Source: Vicugna vicugna (Eukaryota). From it: 64,000 bases of DNA. The stretch is taken from the NCBI GenBank assembly GCA_013265495.1, contig MU057416.1, positions 1,110,545 to 1,174,544 of the forward strand, in the 5' to 3' direction. Each line of letters opens with the position of its first letter. Within the stretch, counting starts at the first letter, position 1. The notes under the pieces were generated by a model. It saw only the letters and a program-made list of their open reading frames with translations. It was not told the DNA's origin and searched no databases. Both the position numbers and the translations under genes were made by a program. This document shows positions 50,641-64,000 of this stretch, piece after piece.

Positions 50641-50995
50641 GTACCACTGGGTGTGCGACCCGCCGTGTGGAAGCAGAGTCGTTGTATGATTGGTGGGTTG
50701 GAATAACCCATCTCCAGGCCTGTATCTGTCCACAAATCTGAAAACTGTTGGTCAGTCCGGTTAAAAAATTCATCGGCTTCCTGAGTGGGCTGAATTGCTC
50801 TCCAGCTGAATGTGACTCCAGCCTGTTCAGCCACACAGCCCACCAGCTCAGCCCAGAGACAGCGCATCATCCATCAGTCCAGACTGTAGGAGGTATGCGC
50901 ACAGCTGTGCAGGAAAGCCACCAAGGGGACACTAAAAGCAGAACTGCACGGCTCTTCTTTCTCTGAAAAATGCTTTCCCTCAAAGCACAGCGCTG

Positions 50996-51641
50996 CTGAT
51001 CCCCCAATCCCACTCCTGGGCATGTATCTGGAGAAAACTTTAATCCGAAAAGATACATGTGCCCCAGTGCTCATAGTAGTACTATTTACAGTAGCCAAGA
51101 CCTGGAAGCAACCTAAATGTCCATCAACAGATGGCTGGATAAAGAAGTTGTGGTATATTTATACAATGGAATACTACTCAGCCCTAAAAAAGAACGAAGT
51201 AATGCCATTTGCAGCAATATGAATGGACCTAGAGATGATCATACTAAGTGAAGTAAGTCAGACAGAGAAAGACAAATGTCATATAATATCACTTATATGT
51301 GGAATCTTAAAGAAGGACACAAATGAATTTATTTACAAAACAGAAAGAGACTCACAGACATAGAAAACAAACTTACAGTTACCAGGGGGAAAGGGAGTGG
51401 CAGGGGTTAAGTTAGGAGTTTGGGATTAACAGTTACAAACTACTGCATATAAAACAGATAAACAACAAGGCCCTACTGTAGAGCACAGGGAACTGTGTTC
51501 CATGGCTTGTAGTAACCTGTAATGAAAAAGAATATGAAAAAGAACGTGTGTATATATATATATGTATGTATAACTGAATCACTATGCTGTACACCGGAAA
51601 CTAATAAAAAATTAAATTTTTTTTAATATAAAGGAAAAAAA
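50996..51641 (+). mobile_element. 5'-truncated L1 in sense orientation
   Basis: ORF 51022-51222 LFTVAKTWKQPKCPSTDGWIKKLWYIYTMEYYSA is the ORF2 tail; 3'UTR and A tail follow; approximate TSD aaag(c/a)acagc. Confidence 0.92.
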
Positions 51642-51869
51642 GAACAGCACTACATGCAGAAAATGTGAATAACGTCTCCTGTAAACTGTATGCCCATTTT
51701 GTGTATGATCCATACTTGGAATAAAATACAAACAAAATTAATCACTTAAATTGACGTAAAATTATCATGTGAAACCCAGAGGCAGTGGAGAGGACCAGAG
51801 CTCTCTCATTCCCTCTTCTTTCTCTCTCTCTTTTTTTTTCTTTCTTCCTAACCCCCTTCCATCTCTGCT

Positions 51870-51933
51870 CCCCCCTGGGAGGGAGCAAACCCAGGACCCC
51901 GTGCACAGCAAGCAGGTGCTATATCCCCCACCT
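51870..51933 (-). mobile_element. Degenerate tRNA-SINE head
   Basis: aaacccaggaccccgtgcacagcaagcaggtgctatatccccc. Confidence 0.45.
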
Positions 51934-54559
51934 GCTCCCTCTTCTTTTCAAGGATGCTTCTCCCCCACCACCCACCTCCCTTCGAGAAGCATTCTTTCAA
52001 CCCCAAGAGCTGTTCTCCCATTTTACAACGGAAATAGTTGGGAACACGGAACCCAGCATCTGCCTTTCGCTCCTCAGCCATCTCTGCAGGAACTTCCAGG
52101 TATCATGATAGCTTTGCTATGAGCAAATTATTAGACCTTGATTTGCTCTAATGTATGTAATATGTAACATATAATGACGTTTCATCCTTATATCCCAGTA
52201 CAGACCCCACAGTGTGCAGGTCACGAGGAGTGGATAAAGGAAACACGACCTAGAGACAGAGAGGGCGTAAAGGGACAGGCTTGGGACTGACCTGCAGGCA
52301 CCTGCTCCATCGTGATTCTAGTTTTCCCGGAAGGATAACTGCGTTCCCGCTTCAGCTTGGGCACAAAGCAGACCCCCTTGGGGTGAAGTACATGCTCAGC
52401 TGTCGCTCACCTTCCCTCACTGTCTCCCCTGCAAACAGGAAGGAGCATCTCTCTGGGTGTTACCTCCAGATTGAAAAATCCTGGGTCCTATCACTCAGTG
52501 ACTATGTTTTTGTCTGTTTCCAAAGGACCTTATTTCTCAAGCCAACCTTCTTTACATTTGAAAGAGAGACATTAAAGCCCCATTAGGGTATCTCCTGGCA
52601 GGAAATACACTGAGGCCGTGTTGTGTGAAAAAAAATAAAAATGAACCTAGCCAGAAAACAAGAAGGTTATTCTCTATTCCCGGGTGAAATGGGCTTGGCT
52701 GGCAGAGCCCTGGGCTAGGATTCAGAAGGCCTGGGTTCTGGCAGCTGCTAACCTACGGATTGCAGCCCACCCGGCCATACAGTGAAGCGGCTGGACTGAG
52801 GTGGCTCTGGGTCCTTTCCAGCACTGACCAAGCAAGGACTAGTTAAGCAGAGGCAAGGGTGGGTTGACCCAGAAAAACCATCCTGCCCTTGGAGGCTGAG
52901 CCTTGGACCGCGGGAGCTCCATCCTCCAGTTCTTTGACTTCTGTGAACTCATTTCTGGGCACCTCTAAAGACGCAGGGTCACGGCCCCTCAGCCCTGCGA
53001 CCTTGAGGGAGGAGTTAACGCTGCGAAGGGCGCGGCCCCCCTGTGTCACTGGGGAGCTGCGTGGAGAGTGCTCCCAGGAGCCTCTGGGCCCAGCGGGCTC
53101 CCATCGCTGACCCATCCTGAGGGACCTCTCCTTTGCCTCTGCCCCGATTTCGGTTGTGTTTTTGGTGAGTGAGATTTAGGCCACTTGGGCTCTTTCGTCC
53201 TTTCTTTGGCCAACAGCCTGAGTGAGCAGCTGACAAAATGGACCCAAGGACATTTTAGCCCCTAGGAACCGTTTTTTGGGCTTTGAAATGCCCAAAAGTC
53301 TACAAAGGTGGACACTGCATTAAGACCTTAAAGAAGTCACAGAGCATCCGTCTCCCTTTCTCGTCCACCTGGCACCCCAGGGTCTCCTGTGCGGGCCCAT
53401 TTCATTCACAAGGCGCAGGGCTGCCGAAACCTTCCCTAATTTATGCCTGAATCACTTCTGTTGTCCTGACAATCGGCTGTTGCCCACCTGGGACTCTGTG
53501 GCTTGTGTCATTATTGTCTCTAAAGCAGTGTCTAGAGAACGAAGATTACAAACTTCACCTCGTGACCTTATTCCAAAAAGGACGGTCATATTCACAAATG
53601 CCTTCTCGCCATTCCACCCAGGCCGAGAGGACACATACAGAGCTGCAGGGGCTTTGTCCTCATGGCTTGACGGTCGACGGCCTGGCCAGAGAGTCTTCAG
53701 TCCACACAGGAGATTTCCAGACCTGAGAGCAGGGGCCAGGCGGCGGTCAGCAGTGAACCAGGCCGCGCAGGAGAACGCGCTGGAAGATATTTCACATTTA
53801 TCTGCCTTGACACTGTCATCACCTGAAACTGCATCACCTGAAATTTTTTTCCTTTGTGCTTCATTTAATACCTCTTAGTTTTCCTGCCTTTTTTATTTAG
53901 ATGTAAGTCTAACTACCATTTACAGGGAGTCGGCTGTGTGTCAGCCGCCAAACTGGGCATGTCTCTGTTTCCCTCATTTAACAGAAGGCCGTGAGCAGCT
54001 GAGGTCTAAGGAGTTTGAATTCTTTGCCCGCGGCAGCAGTCTAGGCTTTGGAGCCCCCGCGTCTAGCGGCCCTGAGCCGTGAGAAGCGAAGGGGCCTAAA
54101 GTGTGTACGTTCTCTCCGCTCCTGGACGGTCTCAGGGCACCTCTGGAAAGCAGACTGTCGGAAAGTTGTGTTCTAGGACCAGTTTGCCCCGGCCCCTCTA
54201 AACGTCGAAGGAACGCTCGGTCTTGTGTCTCCGAGGGGATGCTGTCCGAGCCTGGCCCATTGTGCCATCTACAATCCTCCTCTGAGAACACAGAGAACCT
54301 TCTCCCTGGAGTCCAGTCCTGGGAGAAGCTGTCTGGAAAGACACGTGTGCCACAAACCGCGTCAGCGGCGATGCTCGCACGACCAGGACCCAACCTGCGG
54401 CCCTTCAGCTGCCGCTGAAGCCGTCGTGTGGCGCTTGCCTTGGGGACTGGGGCTGTTCTTGGCTGTGACTGGTTTTCCGACCTTCATTTCCCCTTTATCT
54501 CCATTTTCTCAGCTCTTTCATTATTTGTCTTTTATTATACGTACTTATAGACTGCTTCA

Positions 54560-54714
54560 AAATTTTTAAAAAAATTTTTTTAAAAATTGGTTTTGGTGGG
54601 GGGAGGTAATTAGGTATTTTTATCTATGTATTTATTTTAATAGAGGTGCTGGGGGTTGAAGCCGGGACCCCGTGCGTGCTGAGCACACGCTCCACCACTG
54701 CTACACCCTCCCCC
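54560..54714 (-). mobile_element. Vic-1-like tRNA SINE
   Basis: ggggaggtaattagg tail plus reverse head ending ctacaccctccccc. Confidence 0.85.
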
Positions 54715-55855
54715 CAAGCTTTTGTTACGGTTGCTGCCATATGTGTGTGTTTTTCACGCACATACGCACTTACTTGTTTTCCAGTCACTGGTTCCGGAGT
54801 GTGACGCCGTCTGTGCTGCCCTACGAGCCAGCTGCTTTGCATGGATGTGTCTTGTCTGCTGGGTCCTTCCGTCGTTCCTTGAGCACAAGAACTAGGTCTT
54901 GTTTCACTCAGGTCTCGTTAGCGCCCAGCGCCGATCTCTGTTGTTTGACTTACTGTGGATTGTGGATCGGGATTTGTCCATAATGTGAAAAGATGAGTGA
55001 CTCCTGGCTCACCTGTGCCCTCATCCAAACCATCCTTCTCAACGCCAGTGCGGTCAAGTCGGGCTGGGTTGGCCATGACGTTCACCACGGTACCCATTCC
55101 TGTCTTGTCGACTTTGTAGAAGACTGTGGTGCCAACTGAGTTGTCGTGTCAGAGCCACGCTTATGGGAGGGGTGGACACAGCTTACCTTTCCTGAGTGGC
55201 GGAAACCCCCTTCCTTCAAGTCTCTTTACGTGTGAGCGTGCCTTGACTTTGAAGCAGTGGGATGGGGCTGATTCCACGAGCACAAGAAACAATGGCCTCG
55301 TTACCTTGGAGCACTTGCTGTCATCAGGTCTCGTGGCTTCTCTGTGGCTCCACGTAGAAACCTGAGCGGAAAACACTGCCAGCACGGCTGTGTGCAGACG
55401 CTCACTTGACCCCACAAATAGGGTGAACATACTGTTAGCTTTTAATTAATTGATACTTCAGCAAGAAGTTTTTTGAAATGTGACTGAGAGAGAGTAAAAT
55501 CTGGGCAGAATTTGTCCTTTGACAAATTCTGAGAATGTAGCTACAGTTCTATCGGAGAGAAATTGGCTGAATTACACTGACTGGTGATGACGTGCATCTC
55601 AGCAGTGGGATTTAACCCCTGCGCGCACCATGCGGTCTTCTCTCTCCAAACCTCAAAGCTGTCTCTCGCTTGTGTAATTATCACACATTTACTGAAGTGA
55701 AAACAATTGACGTGGAACGTCTGGCATTTGCACATCTTTAGATAAAGGAGCATTGAATTCAGCATCCCTGGGAATTAAGGTAACCCGGGCGTATGAACGT
55801 TCTGGGTAAATCACGTGATTCCCTCCCTTCTAAACAGAGGATTTGTGGAAGCCGT

Positions 55856-56080
55856 TCTTTTTTTTTTTTAATATGTTTTTATCGAAGTACAGTCAGTTTA
55901 CAATGTTGTGTCAATTTCTGGTGTCCAGCCCAGTGCTTCAGTCGTACGTGAACATGCATATATTCGTTTTCATGTTCTTTTTCACCATAGGTGACTGCAA
56001 GATATTGAATACAGTTCCCTGTGCTGTAGGGTAGGAACTTGTTTATCTATCTGATGTGTATTAGTTACTATCTGCAAATG
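55856..56080 (-). mobile_element. L1 3'UTR fragment
   Basis: gaagtacagtcagtttacaatgttgtgtcaatttctggtg..caagatattgaatacagttccctgtgct. Confidence 0.88.
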
Positions 56081-57644
56081 CGGAGGCAGTTCTGACGCCT
56101 TGCCCTGGTTGCCCTGGTCGCCCTGGTTGTGGATGTCTGCAGATTACCCCTGGTTGTGCGGCGCTGGCCCCGTCTCCCTGGGGGTTCAGGAGAGCAGCTG
56201 TAGCTCAGCCACTGCTTGCCTGATTTCCTCGCACCTGGATGGAGCACCAGTGGGCACGCCCAGTGGCACCCGGGCCCCGCACACGCTGGCTAAGAGGTCT
56301 GGTAGGTAGAGCTCCTGGAAGGGAAATCAAGGGGCTGTAGAAAAGAGTTGTGTCCAAGGGAATAAAGCATGACCGAAATAGATCACCCTCGTGACTGTGT
56401 ATGTGATGAAGCAGAACGACACGGAGAAGCACGTGGACTCACCGGGGTCCTAGCTTCCTCGGACTCGTGGTGGTGACGTGGATGGGAAGAAATTGGTGGG
56501 AAGGGAAACGGGAGGGGCGTGGGGACCGACCGTGTGGTTAACCGCCCCCCTGCCTCGCACTTCCCCCACCTGAAAGAGTTGAGATGCTACGTGGAGAAAA
56601 AATCCTTTGTTGCTCCACTGGAGAGACGTAGAAGGAAGCCAGGGTGGCTGAGGTCCTTGGCTCCACGATGACAGATCTTTGTGCCGTGACAGCAGCGGCG
56701 CGCCTGGAGAGCGTGCCCTGGAGCCCGTCAGTTACCTCCGAGCCGGGCCGGGCTTCTGGTCGTGAATCTGTCGGGCGTCGCAGCCATTGACAGGGGAGTT
56801 TCCTGGCTGTTATTTCTCTTGTACGGTGTTGTTTTTAGTGCTTGTTTAATCACTGGTAATGTGAAATCATTTTTCTCTTGGACTTTGTAGCCGTTTATTA
56901 GAGAGGCTGCAGATAATCATCAGGGTTCTTTATAAAAACAGTCAAGGATTAACGCAGTTGTGTGTCCGTCCTGCCCGAAGCAGGTTCTCATTAAGAGTTG
57001 CTAAGCTGATTTTGATTTGCTGATTTTGATTTTTCTCTCCCTGCTTCTGAATATACCTTTATAAATGTCGTCCTTATCACAAAAGGAAATATAAATAAAA
57101 AGAGGTCCATCTCCAGGGATTTTTTTTTCTTTTGGCCAGAAAGAAGAAAACACAGGGAAAAAAGCTGAACTTTATTTGTAATGATTCTGAAGAATCTTTG
57201 CATTATTTTTTAAATACTTCGTTCCAAGAGTTGTTCTAACAGGAGCTCCAGAGGGAAAGAAAAAGAGAGTTTATTTGGTGATCCTGCAAGGTTAAGACCT
57301 GCTTAATAAGCATGCTTCTCAGAAGCTTCCGAGAGCCCCTGGGGTCTCCCCCAAGAAACGGAGCAGGGCGAGGTGCCCCCCGCTTCCTGTGCGCGGGGGA
57401 TCACGCTAGCAGACTGACCCTTCCGTCCCCACTCCTCAAAGTGTGACTTTCTTAAAGGCAGAGATTGTGTGCCGGTCACTGCTGGACCCCCCGTTTCTAG
57501 CACAAGGCCTGGCACACACCAGATTCAACGATCCGACGTTAGAGTTGGGTTCATGTCCACGTAAAACTACCAACCCATGTCAGCAGAGTATTTTACTAAA
57601 AATATCGTTCTTAAAGCTTACCCACAATGATTCATGATGTCGAC

Positions 57645-58033
57645 CTTTTATTTATTGAAGTCAGTTTACAGTGTTGTATTAATTTCTGGGGTACAACATA
57701 ATGATTCAGTTATATGTGTACATATATATTCCTTTTCATTGTAGGCCATTACAAGATATCGAATATAGCTCCCTGTGCTGTACAGTAGGACCTTGTTGTT
57801 TACCTGTTTTATATCTAGTAGTTTGTATCTGCAAATCCCAGACTCCCAATTTATCCCTCCCCCTGCCTTTCCCCCCGGTAACTGTTAGTTTGTTTTCTAT
57901 GTCTGTGAGTCTGCTTTTGTTTTGTGAATACGTTCAGTTGTGTCTTTTTGGTTTTTTCTTTTTTTAGATTCCACATGTAAGTGAGATCATGTGGTGTTTT
58001 TCTTTCTTTCTGGCTTCCTTCACTTAGTATGAT
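57645..58033 (-). mobile_element. L1 3'UTR fragment
   Basis: attgaagtcagtttacagtgttg..ttttagattccacatgtaagtga..cacttagtatgat. Confidence 0.88.
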
Positions 58034-58100
58034 GGCGCGGTGTGGACTTTAAAACAGCCCTGTAAGAGGGAACGTGGACTCGCAGTCCCATTGCTGGACT

Positions 58101-58221
58101 GTTTTGGTTGTTTTGGATGGGGGGCAGTTAGGCTTTATTTATTTAATGGAGGTACTGGGGATGGAACCCGGGACCTTGTGCATGCAAAGCACGCGCTCTA
58201 CCACCGAGCTGTCCCCTCCCC
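58101..58221 (-). mobile_element. Vic-1-like tRNA SINE
   Basis: atttaatggaggtactggggatggaacccgggacc..gagctgtcccctcccc; TSD gc(t/g)ggactgtt. Confidence 0.85.
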
Positions 58222-59766
58222 GCGGGACTGTTAAGAGGGAAGTGGAGGGGCAACAAGGGGGGTTTGAGAAGTTCGGTGTGGGCTGGAGAGGGATCCAGGC
58301 CTTTTCTTCCTCGGACTGTTTGCCGTTCACCGATCTCATGAGAAACCTGCTGGCTTGCGGGAAGGCGTCCTTTGTGACGTGTCCTGTGCTCTTTCACACG
58401 CTCGGCGGTAATATCGTCCCCGTCGTTTCCCTGATGAGGAAGCAGGTTTCTGAGACCAGGCCTTCCTCTTGCTGCAGCTGGCAACACAGGACCATGTGAG
58501 GCGGTATTGCTGACTAGCGAGAGGTTCCGACATAGACAGGGCATGACGCCCCCTCGGGGCCCCCACTGCCACCCTGCGCTGTTTGCGGACAGCACTCACG
58601 CCCGAGGAATCGACCCACAGGTAGTCGCTTGTTGTTCTCCTCTTCTCCCCACCCCCACCGCCTCTGTTTCCTAAAGAAAAGTTATCTTCAGAATCGCCAG
58701 CATCTCTTATCCGGAGACGAGGAACAAGGCGGGCATCAGATGTGCCCTGTCCTTATATTCACAGAGCTGCGTAAAACCTGTCACCCCACGCACCGTACCT
58801 GCACTCGCCAGTTTCAAGATAACGTGAAATATCACATAATCAATTATGGAAAAATGGAAATGGAACATCGGCCTGGAAGGCCTCCTCGGAGGGCGTTAAA
58901 ACAAGGAATCAGTTGCCCGAGAGGGGTGTGAAAATTACCAGACTTTACCTAGGTAGTGGGTCCAGACCTGCCAGCGCGTGCCGGGGGGGGTCAGGTGCAA
59001 GGCGTCCCCGTGTTCCTCGCCAGGTGGGGACCACCCTGCCCCCCGCAGCACAGAGGAGTCCTGGCTCTGGGCCAGGTGCCAGGGACACCGGGGAAAGCAG
59101 CCCCTGCAGGGGTGAAGGCGTCACCGTCATCACACACGCGCTTCTGCCCAGGCTGTGCTGGGACCGCGGGAGCCCAGGGAGGGCAGACAGATGGCGCTTG
59201 GCGGGGACGGGGTGATTATGTCAGAAGGAATGAGGACATGACGGCCCAAACGAACAACCAGAGAAGAAGCGCTGGTTGTGGGAAGCAGACGTGCTCACTC
59301 GCACCCGTCCGGTAATTGCTAAAGGAGCAGAGGAACCGGGCAGATTTTCTAGCCTGTCCACCTCGTTATCGCCTCGGGATGAGAGCGGCAGCGGGCAGAA
59401 GTGGAGGCGAAGAAAAGCCAGCGCCTTTCCTCCCTTCCTGGCAGCTGGTGGCACCCTCTCCACACAGACACACGCACGGAGTTAGGAGTAAGGTCCAAAA
59501 ATGGTACCCTGCACTCTTTCTGAGCAGGACACAAAAACAGACCCTTATTTGAAAGTGTGTCCTCAGCATCACAGAAGAAGGCCGGAGGAAGTCAGATTCC
59601 CATCTTACGATCTGCAGACACTTTGATGCTGGCAAACTCTGCTACCATAGGAGTTTCCGTTATGATGTATACAAAGGAGACGGGGCCGCTGAGCGCAAAC
59701 GGACAGGAAGAGCCCCTTCCTGTGATGGTTCCAGAAAACACGCTGCTTTTAATGTTCCAGGTTGCA

Positions 59767-59852
59767 GGGTGGGTGTAGCTCAGCGGCAGAGCATGTGCTT
59801 AGCGTGCACGAGGTCCTGGGTTCAATCCCCAGTACCTCCACTAAAAAAAAAA
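59767..59852 (+). mobile_element. Vic-1-like tRNA SINE (short)
   Basis: gtgtagctcagcggcagagc..gaggtcctgggttcaatccccagtacctcca plus A tail. Confidence 0.88.
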
Positions 59853-60929
59853 TGGTCAGTGTCCACTCACCTTTCCCCCGTTTCTACGTGGCCTGATTAT
59901 ATCTTAGCTCTTTCATTTGTCTGCCTGGAAAATGGGAATAATCCATTTTCTTGCTGTGTAAACAGGTTCTTAAGCTAGAATCCCCTCCAAATGTCTTTAA
60001 CCGCTCTTCCAGGAGTCTGTATTCCCCCATCCATCTTGAAATTATTTGTAATGTTTATGTGTATGGCACCTGTTACTGGGAGACCGTCTCAGAGGGTAGT
60101 TTTTAGGCTTCCCTGAAAAGAGTCCTAAATAAATAACCAAAGCTTCACATCACAGAAGAGCAGCAGGGGAACTGAATTGCCGTGGCGGAGGGTGCATTTG
60201 AAATCGGATGCCGATAGCATATGGGCCGGAACGCGGTGTAGTGCGCCCAGCGGCACCCCCCAGGCACCTGGGAGGCGCGGTCCCTGGAACGTGCTACGTG
60301 CAAGGACAGGCCAGTTGCTGGGACGTCTGGCCGCGGCGTTGTGCGGAGCGGGACGTGGGTCTCCGCCGTCTGGTGCCCACAGCCTGACTCGAAGAGCCGC
60401 ACGACAGTGGAGCCCTCCCTCTGAAGGAAAACGGGAGCCCCGGTTCTCACCAGCCCGCTGACTGATGCTGGCGAGTTTTCTCCCTGATGAGAGTAACTTC
60501 CCCAAGGTGGGAACTGTGTCTGCCTGGTTCACTGCTCCACCCCAGACCCCGGCTTACGCTCAGCCAATAAATGGCTCTTCACGTCTGCTCCCCTCACGAG
60601 TGAAATTCTCTCGGTCAGAGCAGACTTGCTGGTTCGGAGGATTTCGGATGGCCATGTTTGGGGATGGCCTGCTGACCGCAGAGCCTGAGTGCAGCTTCAA
60701 CCTCTGCAGTTGGTGTTTTGCTTCGAAACAGAATGAATAGGGTCTTCCACCTGGGAGCCTCCTGTGTGGCGTTGTGTCTTCATTTGTGTTTTGCTCCCTT
60801 TACAGAGGGATTTCCCACCCGGGAGCTCATGCCGTCCTCAGAACAAGAACTGCCTCGTGTTTTTGTTCTACTTGGTGTATGTATGAGGTAAAGCGAGATG
60901 CTTACACAAACACAGTGTAAATCAACTGT

Positions 60930-61185
60930 CATTGGTGTTGTGTTAGTTTCAGGTGCGCAGCAAAGTGATTCGGTTATACATTTTTTTTTTCAGATTCTTT
61001 TCTGTTTTAAGATATTACAAGACATTGACTAGCGTTCCCTGTGCTCTGCAGTAGGACCCTGTTGTTTACCTGGTTCATACATAGTGGTGTGTGTCTGCTA
61101 TCCCAGACTCCTCGTTTATCCCTTCCCCCTCCGCTCCCCCCTCGGGTCACTGTAAGTTGGTTTCCTATGTCTGTGAGTCTCCTGT
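60930..61185 (-). mobile_element. L1 3'UTR fragment
   Basis: gttgtgttagtttcaggtg..caaagtgattc..tattacaagacattga..ttccctgtgct..tatgtctgtgagtct. Confidence 0.82.
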
Positions 61186-62356
61186 ATGTTTAGGTGAGAA
61201 AACAAGACTCGGAACCCGGCGGCACGGCCGAGCACCCGTGGCCGGGTGTGCACGGCGGTGCCCGGGGTCCTCACTTGGGCTCTGAGTGCCCTGCTGTCTG
61301 TCCTGGGCTCGCGGACACAGTCCACTCAAAGCTCATCCCACTGCTGGTGTGTGAATGGAAGCGTCCCGAGGAGCACCCCACTGCCCAGAAGTTCAGTTTA
61401 TGCCTGCTCAGAAACAAACTTGTTACAAGTCAGCTGATTAATTTGGTTTAGAAAATTCTAGCATTTCTTGGTGTGATCTGGCGACACCCTGGGCTTGAGG
61501 GAGAAGAAGACTCCGTTCTAGTACAGCAGTCAGTAGGTCTTGAGAGCCTCTTCTCTTGTCTGTAAACTGCGTAAGATGATACCAGTTCTGCTAACTCCAA
61601 AGGCAGGTTCTCGGAATTAAATCTAAAACAATGTGCAAAAACTCTTTAAAACTGTTATATGACATTTAAGAGCTTTTGCACAGCGTTTGAGATTTAACTC
61701 AGAGTGTTATTTTTTACAAACACATGGTGTATGTCCAAACGGGGCCACTGCAGTTGGGTGCACAGGGATCTTTGGCTGGTACACGTTACAAAAGGAAGAG
61801 AAACAGTTGCAGGTCGCCATGGAAATGGGTTGATGCTTGACCGTGGATAGGTGGCCCTAACCTGAAATAGGTGTGTTACTGTCACTGAAGAATGTAGTTC
61901 CCTGGGGGGGCGTGATCAAAGGCAGATCAGAGCCCCCCACTGTGACACAGCGGGCACAGCAGTCCCGTGGGGGAGGTAATGTTGACCCATTTTTCAGATT
62001 AGGAAACTAAAATGTAGGGCGTTGCTGGGGAAATTGTCCAAATCATAAAGCCAGCGTAGGTGACCATCAAGTCAGCACTGACGACAGACAATGGCAGTGA
62101 GCCTCTGTCTCCAAAAGTCACCTGGCCTTTTAGATGAACGCTGGCGAGTTGGCAGCCTGCTGGTAACCCGTGTGCCCTTCCAGCCCTGGCTCAGTGCACA
62201 TCCCGGCTACACAAGCCGGACTGTTTGGGTTCCACTGAGGATGGTCCGAGGCTCCCGTAGCTTCCACAAGCAAACCCTGCTGGATCGCCTACTGTGGGGC
62301 AGACACATCTAACGGGGTCCCCCTTTCCTAGCAGGCCGCTGATTGTGCGCACTTAG

Positions 62357-62776
<420 letters not shown>

Positions 62777-63257
62777 TGAAAGGGAGATTGGCTGCCGACA
62801 ATTTAGAAAAGCGGACCTGGTGTGCTCTGTTCCCACTCTGATGATTAGGTTAAACTTGTAAAAGCCGGCGTCATCGCGAGCCATCCGCCGCTGTCGCGAG
62901 CCGTCCGCCACTGCCAGGCTGCTGGGCTGAAAGGTGGCCTTGGAGGGGTCACAACAATTGCCAAATCAAAATTAAGGATTAGGGTCTTGGGGTTTTTTCC
63001 CTCAAGCTTCTGCTTTTAATCTACCACACTTGTTTGTCAGCTATTTTTTAAAACCTTATAAACTGTGAAATCCTTGCTCTTCTGGAATTACACTGATGGA
63101 AGAGACTGATGCAGTATCACATACAGCCTAAATATCTGGCGTAAGCCGAGCGAGCAGGAACAGGGGTGTCTGCTGTCGAGCGCAGGTCATTATTCGAAAG
63201 GAAGTAGGCAGAGGAAATTACTGTTCGGCCCCTCTCCTTTCTGAACAGTATCTGTTG

Positions 63258-63440
63258 GGTCAGCAAATATTTCTGGAACGTCGTGCGAGGTGCCAGTCAC
63301 GATTCCGGAGCTTTGGCCGCTTATTAGTGACCAGAACAGAAAAAGATTCCAGCCCTCACGGAGTTTAACACCGTAGCACAGAGAAGCTGACAGTAATCAA
63401 TAGTCCTAATAAATGTTAGAGGTCAAAGTGCTGTTAAATT
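63258..63440 (-). mobile_element. L2 3' relic
   Basis: tcagcaaatatttctgga..gtgccag..gtgaccagaacaga..ccctcacggagttta. Confidence 0.5.
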
Positions 63441-64000
63441 AAAAAAAAAAAAGGAACCACCGTGTAAGGGGGAATTAACGTACATCCCTGCCTGTGTTAC
63501 TGCGCGACCCCTGGCTTGCAGTGACAAGTTGTGGGGGTGGTTTACTGAGACGGCGACATCCGAGCCAGGATTTGGGGGAAGCGACACTTGGCCTTCTGGA
63601 CGCCTCGGGGAAGAGAAATCTACCGAACGGACCTGACTCCAGCCGAGTCTGGCGTGTCCCCCCCATTTCTTAGCCTCCGTTTTGTAACTGGTGTGCTGTC
63701 AGAACGGGTGTGCGGAGCGCAGGGGCCCCCCGGCCCTCGGGCAGCCCGGGCATGTCCGCAGAGCCTCGGCGTCCCAGGACTCGCTCCAGCCGGAAATGCT
63801 ATGTGCTGTGAAACCCCAGCAGTGCGCACCTGGACATGAAGGGCGGTCTCCGCATCGCTTGCTGTAACATCCATAGAGCACATTTTCCCCATCGGAGGGA
63901 AGGCGAGCGCCGCTTCCGAGTTTCTGCAGACCGGATCGGTCTGCGTCTCCATCGCTGTCTGGTCCCCGCTTCCGGTCCCGCGCCGCGGAAGGACTTCCTA

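Noticed and set aside
20433..53006. Isolated NR5A consensus sites (20433, 47314, reverse 52998)
   Set aside because: A degenerate 9-mer is expected several times by chance in 64 kb, and these have no supporting context.
59767..59842. tRNA-like sequences (also at 12136, 15635, 22954 and others)
   Set aside because: They have A/B boxes but also A-rich tails, TSDs and many diverged copies, so they are SINEs rather than tRNA genes.

Overview
This window is mammalian, not microbial. It holds the middle of the nuclear-receptor gene NR5A2 (LRH-1) on the + strand. Five coding segments match human exons 2-6 as I recall them: 4311/4367-4448, 8285-8403, 9945-10086, 12452-13098 and 62564-62683. Spliced from ATG 4367 they give an open 370-codon frame covering the C4 zinc-finger DBD, Ftz-F1 box, hinge and the N-terminal half of the LBD. 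Exon 1 and the last two exons lie outside the window, and intron 5 is about 49.5 kb. The rest is CpG islands, about 10 tRNA-derived SINEs resembling camelid Vic-1 (so probably alpaca or camel, by inference), about 13 L1 fragments, two solo LTRs and old MIR/L2/MER relics. Nearly all other ORFs in the track are spurious. Main signals: (1) exon 5 has an extreme local GC shift (136 of its last 137 codons end in G/C, versus 17/47 in exon 4) with about 20 amino-acid changes mostly toward GC-rich codons; (2) a neutral L1 copy at 46.2 kb shows the same one-way A/T>G/C drift, which suggests GC-biased gene conversion hotspots reshaping a conserved receptor; (3) the position of the exon-2 splice acceptor reads GG instead of AG; (4) a local duplication has a perfectly homogenised 86-bp end. 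Human comparisons are from memory and need an alignment to confirm.
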